A stretch of DNA of 63,291 nucleotides, filler included, from Hyphochytrium catenoides (lineage: Eukaryota; Protista; Hyphochytriomycota), in the NCBI GenBank assembly GCA_900088475.1. It is 9 parts of 9 records of this genome, joined end to end, with 100 filler letters (N's around TTAATTAATTAA, not from the genome) between each part and the next. Parts side by side here need not be neighbours in the genome. Positions count along the whole stretch, not along the records: positions 53,487 to 54,745 come from FLMG01003790.1; positions 54,846 to 61,854 come from FLMG01000990.1; positions 61,955 to 63,291 come from FLMG01004348.1; 6 more parts are not named here. One strand, 5' to 3'. Under the pieces are notes generated by a model that did not search any database, was not told the DNA's origin, and saw nothing but the letters and a program-made list of their open reading frames with translations. Positions 53,658 through 63,291 of this stretch are shown piece by piece. The position numbers and the translations under genes were made by a program. Within the stretch, counting starts at the first letter, position 1. Each line of letters begins with the position of its first letter.

Positions 53658-54101
53658 GTTCCTCCTCCCTCCGACGTCCCATGATGCACTTGTCAGGGCA
53701 GCAGCAAGGCTTGACTGACGACCATCACTCTTCTCTATGAGCTCTCATCCCCAGGCCCACAAGCAGCTAAGGCAAGAGCCTGAAGGTTGCGGCTGCTTGC
53801 ACATTGCGCAGTGATGGCACGCCTAGTCCATAGATAATATTAGGTGACTTTGTCCGCGCTGATGAAACAAGTGTTTGTCGCTGTTGAGAGCGCCAAGGAA
53901 GTGCCGACGACCGCGTACTCTGCTGTACAGAGGAAGGAGAGTGTACACAGCCCAACAGCATAGACGGGATCGGCGATATGACGACGTTTAGGAATGTTAT
54001 TCCTGATATGGATGTATTGGTGTATTGGTTGCTCCGTTCTGAAGTTCCGTTTCATCTTTGGGATTCTCATCCTTTTGCCATCAATGGAAGGACCTTCTTC
54101 C

Positions 54102-54177
<76 letters not shown>

Positions 54178-55159
54178 AAGAAGAGAGAGAAAGCAGAGAG
54201 AAAGAAGGGGCGAGAGAGACAGAGAGAGACAGCAGGAGAGAAATAGACAGAGAGAGAAATAGACAGAGGGAGAAAAAGAGGGGAGGGAGAGAGAGAAAGG
54301 AGGGAGGAAGCGAGCAGAAGCTGTAAGCTAGGAGGCCAGGAAATGTTTGGAGACTGGAGTTGAACAAGAAAGAAGATCAAAAAAGGAAGGAGCCGAAGTG
54401 AGGAAGCTGGGGGAGAATGCGTGGCTGCTGCTGCTTTGTCAAGCAAACGAGTCGGAGGGACAGGAGCGCCGAAGAGAGAGACACCAGAGGAGCGATACCC
54501 TCTCGTGATATTGCACTGACGAAGGAGCGAGACGGGAAAACGAGAGAGAGAAATAGAGGAAAGGAAAGATAAAGATAGAGGAGAGAAGTAGAGCGAAGTG
54601 AGCTCTTCTACCCGTAGACAGAGCCATAAAGACGAGGCCACTACGGTGAGAGAGAGAGGAGAGAAAAGGAGACAGAAGGAGAGCCTACTGCCCAGTCAGC
54701 CATCTCTTCCTCATCAGAATGCACCATTCTCGCTAACGATCACGANNNNNNNNNNNNNNNNNNNNNNNNNNNNNNNNNNNNNNNNNNNNTTAATTAATTA
54801 ANNNNNNNNNNNNNNNNNNNNNNNNNNNNNNNNNNNNNNNNNNNNTCTCTCTCTCTCTCTCTCTCTCTACCTTTCTCTCCCCTCTCCTCTTTCCTCTCTA
54901 TCTTTACCTCTCTTTACTCTCTTTCTCTCTTATTCCCTCTTTCCTTTCTCTCTACCTCATTCTCTGCCATGGATTCCATACATCTTCCTCAATTGCTATT
55001 GCTTTCCCTGCTCGTGAAGAGAATCTGACAAATAACCGGCATCATGGATGCCTTCTTCTTGTCCTCTCTGAGACTCTTGCTATTCCGACGACAACTCCTC
55101 TACTGCCAACTTGCTTATTCTTGCGCTCTGTGCTGTATACCCATCTGCTGCACCTATAG

Positions 55160-57724
55160 AACTTATTTATCTTGGACGAGATCATAGAGAAGAGAAGGAC
55201 CTTGGCGACCTTGCTCGGCTTCAAGAGCTTTGCCCACATGGTGACGGCCGGAAGGATGGCAGGTAATTTGGAGGCCGGGAAGAGAGAAGAAGACGGTCAG
55301 AGGAACGCTTGAGAGTAAACTAGCCAGTGAGAGCCCTGGAGAGGCGCAAAAAGGTTTAGGCTCAATGGCAAGGAAGTCAAGGGAGTACTGAGCCAACTAC
55401 TGGCGNNNNNNNNNNNNNNNNNNNNNNNNNNNNNNNNNNNNNNNNNNNNNNNNNNNNNNNNNNNNNNNNNNNNNNNNNNNNNNNNNNNNNNNNNNNNNNN
55501 NNNNNNNNNNNNNNNNNNNNNCGCAAGCAAGCTAAGGACCAAAGGGAAAGAAGACATTGATCGCCTGGCTGCAGCTAAAAAGACTATGGAGGGCACGGAC
55601 GAAGGTCGGGGTGTTAATGCCTTGAAATATAATGTGACATCTTCCATCGCCCGTCTCCTTTCCAGGGATCTTATTGAGTCGACCTCTGGTTCTCTCTCTT
55701 CCTGTCTGTTTCTCTCTCTCTCTCTCTGTCTGTCTGTCACTCTCTAGGTGTCGCTCCTTCACTCTCCGTCTGTCTCTGTGTGTTTCGATCTCTTCCTTCT
55801 CTACGTACCTTCCTTTGTACTTTCTCTCTCTCTGCCTTTCTGTCTTTCTCCCTCGCTCTCTGCCTGTGTCTGTCTCTCTCTGTCTCTCTGTCTCTCTCTC
55901 TCCCTCTCTTCTCTCCACTTGACTCTCTTCACACCTAAAGGCCCTTCATAACGAAAGAAATTCGCAGGTATCCAGGCGTGGGATGTCGGCTATTATATGG
56001 GAATCCTGAAGGCAAGAGAGTTTAACTTGGACGCTAGAGTGCTGGCCTCATATCTGCCCCTCGATAGGGTGCTAGAGGGACTTGGAATGCTATGTAACAG
56101 GTCGTCCTCTTGTCTTCTCACGACGGCTACATGGAAGTCTTCCCATCTACTGGCAAGCTCTCTCCCTCTTTCTCTCGTCTCTCTCCTTTGCTGTTACCGG
56201 GCCCTCACATACTCACTGTTTCCTTTCTCTTGAAGACTCTTTGGCGTGGAGCTGATAGAGGCTCCTATGGGTCCTGCGGAGCAGTGGCATCCTTCAGTGG
56301 TGAAAATGGCTTTAGTCCATGAGACAGACGGCGTGCTAGGCTTCATTTACCTGGATCTTTATCCCAGAGAAGGGAAGTACTCCCATGCGGCGCAGTTCAC
56401 AGTGCGCTGCGGCAAGAAGGTCAGCGAGACAGAGTATCAGAAGCCCGTGGTCGCCCTAGTGTGCAACTTCAACAAAGGAGAAGGCAGTGGCAGTCCACTT
56501 CTCTCTCATTCTGAGCTAGAGACACTGTTTCACGAGTTCGGGCATGCAATGCACTCTCTGCTCTCTAGGACGGAGTTCCAGCACACTTCAGGTGAACGAG
56601 TGGTCCAATAAATGCCACGATACATGGAGCGACCCTAGCTAGCCGATGAAGGGATACGGGTATGGGGTGCAGAGAAACCTGTCTGAGGAGGTAGACATGA
56701 GAGCTAGAGAGATTCCTTGCGATGCTTCTTAACGCCTCAGGGGGTAACGAAGAAGGTCAGGGGTTGGTTGGTCAGAGCTATCGCTATATATTGAACCTTC
56801 CACCTATCTGCACCATTTGCAGATTAGATCCGCTAACTCCATCCCCTCTTGTTTCTCTTCTCCCTTGTCCTCCTCCAGGGACAAGAGGCCAGCTGGACTT
56901 TGTAGAGACTCCATCGCACCTCTTCGAGTACTTCGCTTGGGACTATAGTGTCCTTAGACATTTCGCTCACCATCATGTGACAGGTCAGGCGCGGGGTACA
57001 GGAGAAAGATGTCTTTGTCGACGTGGTGGTTGGACTCATTGACTGTGGCGCTGCTTGCAGGGGAGCCAATCCCGGAGCAAATGGTCGAGAATCTGCGGAA
57101 GTCTAAGGATATGTTTGCGGCTGTGGACGTGCAGACCCAAACGCTCTACTCGTTACTCGATTTGGCGCTATTCGGTGAAGAGAAGACTGAGCGGAACACT
57201 ACTGAGGTAAGGTCGGATGAGGGAAGAGGAAGTTCTAGATAGCAGAGAGTCTCATGGACGTCAGAGGACGCCAAAACACCACCAAAAAGTGGAAGAAGAG
57301 GAGCTGCAAGAGAAAGGTAGAGAGAGAGCAACGACAGAGTGAAAGAGGGAGATCAACATCGAGGCTCTCTGCCCGCGCATTCAGTTGAATCCATTCACTC
57401 TCTTGCTTGCAGATTCTCCGGGTGCTGCAGAACGAGTACACCAACGTACCTTTCCCTGAAGGAAGCTACTGGCATGCGCGATTTGGGCATATCGTGGGGT
57501 ACGGAGCAGGATATTATTCCTACCTCTTTGCCCGGGTCTTCGCAGCGCAAATATGGGAGACGCTGCTGGCTGCTGACCCGCTGAGCAGGCAGGCAGGGGA
57601 CAGACTGAGACGGTCCTTGTTGATGCCTGGCGCCGGCAGAGACCCTAATCATATCCTGACGGACTTGGTGGGATCGAACTCATTCTCTCCTCAGCACTTT
57701 CTTCAAGAGATAGGTGTCGTCTGA
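55160..57724 (+). CDS. MIPEP: Mitochondrial intermediate peptidase (M3A metallopeptidase), 5' part missing
   Basis: NLFILDEIIEKRRTLATLLGFKSFAH, AWDVGYY, IYLDLYPREGKYSHAAQFTVRCG, TLFHEFGHAMHSLLSRTEFQHTSG|TRGQLDFVETPS (HExxH), FGHIVGYGAGYYSYL. Confidence 0.93.
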
Positions 57725-58982
57725 GTGCTATCATGCACTCTAATCAGACCCTCGACGATCTATCCAATCATCTACTCTGTCCCTGTGGCTGACTTCGTGG
57801 AAACTCATACCTATCAGGGGCGGATGAAATTTTCTAAATGAACATGGGAAGTTTCCCTTATATTAAGTGCTGCATGTTGAGCTCTCCGTCAGCTATTATC
57901 CTGTGATTAGCCTCAATGCCGGGTAGCGTGGTCAATAGCTGTGGCCGGGATCGATCATATTCTTTGTCTCTTTGTATTGTCCTGAAGAGGCTCACGCGAC
58001 AGACTGGGCCCTTGACCATGCTGCATGTAAGTGAGTTATTGGCTCAAGTTCCAATGCTCTCAAGCCATAGTATGGTACCCCTCATCAGACTTCTCTTGTA
58101 GTCCGAGCCCGAAATCGTGAACTCCAGGCTCTCTAGGATCACAAGTAGGACTGTGCCTATCTGGGCCTGGAACTCCTCCCAATGCAAGTACCCACCCCAT
58201 AAAGAGTTCTATTCTCCTAAGCTATGATAGGCTCCGGGCCAAAGCTTTAACGAGCAACTGCCTGTTGGGCCTCTGAGGGCTTCCAACCGCAGAGCTCAAC
58301 GAGGAATAACTCTCGAGACTTCAGATCCACTGGCCGCAGATTGGGAAGCTGATTTCGCCGACCGACCAATCACCGCATCAATCGCGGCATCGGGTAGGCA
58401 GATTAAGAATAACAGCCCTAAACCTGGATACCATCTTTGAATAACTGTAGATAAATGAAGAATCCAGGGTGGATATCATAGCAGCTGATGCGACAAGAAA
58501 ATTCTTAAGGACGATCTTTCAAAAGCTTCAGATTGTGGAAACGAAGGTAAACTTCCACCTTTTCAGTGCCTTCATTCTAGCATCGAATATTTCATAGTAA
58601 CAAACAGTTTGAAAGCTTCAGGTTGTTCAGACAGTTGCTTTGGTCCATCGTGCCTCTTGACACGCTTGGAAGAGTCCTTCCCGTATTAATATTAACAAGA
58701 CGAGCACCACCTGCCAATAAATATGTCACACACAAGCCACTGTACGTGCTAGCTCACACTTAGCTTGGGCTGTAACACCTCCTCACGTCGCCGTCTGAAC
58801 TTGACTCATGGCAGTTCTAAAGCCCGTCATAATAGCAGTGCTCTAGATCCTTCCTGGTGAGCCCTCAGCATGCAGCTTTGCAGCCCACTCTAGCCGGCAG
58901 GCGCTACGATTCCCTCATCAGACCCTACCCTTTCTTTAGCAAGGTACTTCCCTCCTCACTGTGTGAGTCCCAAGATTCATCA

Positions 58983-60103
58983 ATGCTGCTCGACAGAGCC
59001 TCCCAGGACCGCAGGTGAAGGTATAATCGTGGCTCACAAGCTGAACGCCAAGTCGCACTGCAAGGAGGTTGTACCTGTCTGCCCACTAGCTGCGACCCTT
59101 TAGCAACCACAGTTGTCAGGGAGCTCAATATGGCCCTTGTCAGCAACTGCCTGGAGACGTGGAGGAGCAACAAAGATATCCCTATGGTAGGTTGCTCAGA
59201 CTGACCTTCTACCATTAGTTAGTCTAACAAGCCTTGTCTACACAGCTTGACGACGTGGACGCGGCGAAGTTGCTTCTATCCGTCTCACCCAAGGTCGGGC
59301 CGATATGCCCGCCTTTTAATAGCCTCAATGGACTTCACGCGCTGGAGTCTCTTGCAGATCTAGCGTGCTTGGAGGTTTCGGTTGACGTTAAAGACATAAA
59401 GCAGGTTGGTAATCATATGCAGGTGCCGCCGTCATCTGTCACCCCTACGTTTGGCTGAACGTCTTCCTGCCATAGACTGTTTCACGTGATCACCGCGCTG
59501 ACGGTAGCCCACGTGGCTTCCCCAAATCCGGGATCAGAAGTAGCTCGGAGGTAGAGTAGGCTGCGACGGACGTCTATCGAGCGACCACTTAACGTCTGAC
59601 AACTCATCTACGTCAGCAGGACTCTCCCCTTGACTATCCCACAATACTGGGGCCAAAATATGCGTCAATCTATAATAGAGATGGTCGGTAAGTGCCTAAG
59701 GCAAAAGGGTGTGGGTGCGACCACAGCTGTGAAGAATGTGCTGCTGACATATATGGGCAGAGTCGGCATTTATAGCAAAGAAGAAAGGCGAAGAATAATT
59801 ATGCGCTACCGGTCCAAGAGAGAGCGTAGAGTTTGGAAGAAGATCGTGCGGTAAGATGTTTCAGATATGTGAATAAGTTGCACCTCATCCAAATCTCTCA
59901 CCATGACTTTACTCCTACGGTGTGACTGCAGCTATGGATGCCGCAAGAGTCTGGCAGACCAGCGCTTACGTATAAAGGGCCGCTTTGTTAAGGGCAACAG
60001 TCAGGACGGCCTTATCTCAGCGCCACCTTCACCTTCATATGCAAACGAGGGAGTGATGCAGAGAAAGAAGCATCAACTCCGAAGGCATAGCTGTGACCTC
60101 TAG
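58983..60103 (+). CDS. CCT-domain protein (multi-exon; start tentative)
   Basis: Spliced GIYSKEERRRIIMRYRSKRERRVWKKIVR|YGCRKSLADQRLRIKGRFVK is a CCT motif. Confidence 0.88.
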
Positions 60104-61319
60104 TCCCTTCCCTTATCTAGATCTAGGGATTAGCGCGTGCACTTGACTACAGTTGGCATGCCTGTAGATGTACATACGATAACGACGTTAGACCAGCGTC
60201 GTCGCTGTAGATTATTATAAGCCCAGGCCCTATTGGCCGGGTGTAAACTAGAGAAATGCTATAGCTTGATATGAAGCCGAGAAGGCTTCCGTAGATTTTC
60301 TGTCATAGTCTTCTTGCATAACTGCACTGCCAGCAGCTGACCTCTAGTAGCCCTGTCCAGCCCAGAGTGTCAGCATTGAGAGGGTTGATTCAGTTGTAGG
60401 GCCGTCGCTTAACAATGTAAGAATGAAAGTGTTACCCTTGGTATAGGAATGGGGATGCAAGAGGTAACGGCACGTCTTTGACGCCCAGTAGAAGTATAGA
60501 CCGGCTCTGGGAGAAGAAAGAAGAAGTAACTGTTACATTACTAATATTAGCGGGCAGTTGATCTGCTCCGGTCCTACTAGCGAGATGCGTGATTGGCACT
60601 TTATTTGTGCCAAGATTGGGACCTTCCTCTTGCTCGGTTTGTGAAGCCGCTGGTGCCCACCCTCCATCTCTATTACTGCCTGCTCACAGCGGTGTACCCA
60701 CAACTTAGGCAGGTTTGCACTAATAACATGTGCGTCCCTCTATGGTGTATGATGAGGAAACGTGGAAGTGGTCTCATTTTCTCATGCTTGCGCAAAAAAA
60801 ATACTTTGTCTGAAGAACCTGACTCACCAGGGCTGTGTGAGAGCCCAGCCAGACATACACCTTCTTGCCTTCTTGGTAAGTGTACTGGAGGTGGCTCACC
60901 TAACCTTGGCGGTAGATGCGAAGCGTAGACTAAAAACACAATCCCCTCTCGCTCTATATAATACCTCTATATAGTACCATACAAAGATTGCTGCTTCCAC
61001 TGATACTGCACCTGTGCAACTCTAAGGCGCTGTACGTCCTCCGGGCGATTGGGCGGGAAGTAGGAACTCTAAACCATGAGAAAGTCACAATCCTCTATTA
61101 TTGAGGACTGATAATCTGGAAGTGAGACTCCCCCATTCAGCATCGAACCCAACCATTGTTCTTCTATCCCAGCGTAAGCATGAGCTTCTTGCTACAGTAG
61201 CACAGCAGTGCAACACCCTCTACGACCCGCTCTCAAAGAGCACAAGCTGCGCCTTTATAACCCTTCAGCCTGTTTACATTCATTTGACTGCTAAGGGCCG
61301 TTCTTATCGAGAGCCCTAA

Positions 61320-61765
61320 GGGTCGTTCTTATCGACTGCCCCAAATTTGGGGCACTCAAGTTTGGGGCAAAAACTGTAGGTTACCGGTTCTCTCGCTGCC
61401 CCAAAAATGCCCCGTGCCCCGATTGCCTCTGATCGGGGCAGTGACGATTGGGGCATGGGGCACTGAAGTGGGGCAGTCAGAAAAGTTTTGTTAGCTCCAT
61501 TAGTTACCGCATTTTGTAACGTTTGATCTTTATTGGAGTAATACTGGTACTACTTCTATGGAGACGTCAGATCACATTATCTTCTGTCAGCTTCCTCCCA
61601 ATGTGGTTATCACTACCTTGATCCTCCTCTGATTCAGGGACTGCCCCACTGCCCCACGCCCCAAATTTATTCTTATCGTAATGCCCCAAATCGCGTTTGG
61701 GGCACCATCTGGACTGCCCCAAATGCGTCATGCCCCAGTTTTGGGGCAGTCGATAAGAACGGGCC
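61320..61765. mobile_element. MITE / non-autonomous PIF-Harbinger (Tourist-like) element, 446 bp
   Basis: TIRs gggtcgttcttatcgactgccccaaa and tttggggcagtcgataagaacgggcc, with TAA on both flanks (61317-61319, 61766-61768). About 17 TGCCCC/GGGGCA motifs clustered towards both ends; no ORF. Confidence 0.92.
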
Positions 61766-63291
61766 TAAAGACTGTAAAGAGATCAGGGGTGGGCAATTAG
61801 GGGCACTCTCTCAGCATTGGCCATAGGTTAAATTATCACCTCCATAACTTTCTGNNNNNNNNNNNNNNNNNNNNNNNNNNNNNNNNNNNNNNNNNNNNTT
61901 AATTAATTAANNNNNNNNNNNNNNNNNNNNNNNNNNNNNNNNNNNNNNNNNNNNTTCCAATCAATCTCCTTAAATGGAAGGACAGATAAACGTGGATGCC
62001 GCTTTATCTAGCTACGAAAGAACTGTGCTATGGTATGCTAGTAAGCGCTGCAGCTGAGGACTACCGTTATCTACTAGCGATGTTGTCATCCTTTTAGTAC
62101 TCAGATCGTCACAAACTAGTAGGTATGTTGTTCCTCTTGCTTCGTCGTGATGCTGCTATTATTATCTTGCCGGCCAGTAGGAAGGATTGGGTTTTGGTCA
62201 GTCTCAGTTCGTCTCAGGAAAGATAGGCCGTTTGCAAAAAATTGGTTTTGCCAAGAAGGAATAATGCTGCCGCGCTTCTTCTTTCACAATAAATATATTG
62301 TCGTTGTACTCAACAAAGGGCGGCGGTGCACCGCGGCCTACTCATGCTGCTGCTACTACTGGTGTTGTTTAACTTTGGTTACCACCATTGTCAATAAAGC
62401 TCCTCCTTGCTGCGGTTAGTTCTGCTGGGAGCGGCACTCCTCTGAGGTCTTGTTGCACCTCCATCATCATCTATCTACCCTTGAGAAGTACACTGGTACT
62501 ACTACTGTGAGACAAACACTAATGTACAGTCTGTGTGAAGATGATGGGTTCACATAGATGATGTTAGGGGGCTATACGTAGTAGCTGACACTTTCGCGGA
62601 TAATTGGCGCTTTTATTGTCAGAAAAGTCTGTAAATAAAAGGCATAACAAGCAGCATAGGAGATAGGATGTAAGGCTGATGGTCTCTACTCTGGTGGACA
62701 CTAATCCTTAGAGTCCTTCATCATTCTTGATAAAGGGCGAGTGATATGGCCTGAAGTTTTCCTGAAGTACTTTTTTGAGTGCTATATAGAATATATAACA
62801 TTAAATTCGGAACGTGTGGCCTGGGAGAATGAGGCCATTAAGTGGTATTGAGGTACTGCAACTGCAGACACTCCGCGCCTTGTACTTGTTTATCTTTATC
62901 ACACATGCAGTACTTCCGCTGCCTTTCATGACTTTGGATAGCGAATGAAGCTGCTGGCCATGCCTCTGTCTACGCTTTCTTACAATGAATATCATTTCTT
63001 TCGATAAAAACTTCGTTGTTTGTTATACAAAGAGTTTTTCTTCTATTGTGTTGAATGAGTCTATTCTTCTTCCCTCCTTCTTTCTTCTTTGCTTCTTCCT
63101 CGTCCTCTTAGCAGTCGTCCTCCACCATTTGCTTTGAACATCATTTGTCTTCATCATTTATAAGTCCACCAATTCGCTACTGATTCTTGTTCCTTCTTCT
63201 CCCTCATTGTACTTCTTCTTGCATACCACAATAATACAATATCTCAGTACAAGCCTACCAATTAGCAGTTCCTCTTGGCCGTACTAGAAAC

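Noticed and set aside
58510-58625. Heat-shock elements upstream of the CCT gene
   Set aside because: GAA/TTC pairs have 3-nt spacing and do not form nGAAnnTTCnnGAAn arrays.

Overview
Eukaryotic draft-genome window, probably a stramenopile (inferred from the intron-rich genes, a short HSF and an oomycete/diatom-style CCT protein). It consists of nine scaffolds joined by eight artificial 100-bp spacers (44N-TTAATTAATTAA-44N), so adjacency across spacers may not be biological. Recognisable spliced genes: HSF (-), nucleostemin/Nug1-type circularly permuted GTPase (+), Tul1/FLY-type transmembrane RING-H2 E3 ligase (+), TetA-like MFS transporter (-), RFC4 (+, 5' cut), mitochondrial intermediate peptidase (+, 5' cut) and a CCT-domain protein (+). 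Intronless genes: a bacterial-looking alpha/beta hydrolase, a sugar porter and an orphan coiled-coil/TM protein. Orphans also include a putative Zn-finger protein and a spliced coiled-coil protein. Mobile DNA: two decayed Ty1/copia pol segments, each interrupted in antisense by a copy of the same LTR family (one copy with a half-tRNA-type PBS and gag); a tRNA-like/SINE-like fragment; and a PIF/Harbinger-type MITE with an adjacent 22-bp collapsed copy. Most short ORFs in the track are artefacts of (GA)n/(CT)n microsatellites. The best leads are the polarised GA-to-CT introns that could base-pair end to end, the repeated antisense nesting of one LTR family in copia pol genes, the orphan Zn-finger protein and the HGT-candidate hydrolase. 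None of these is demonstrated from the sequence alone.
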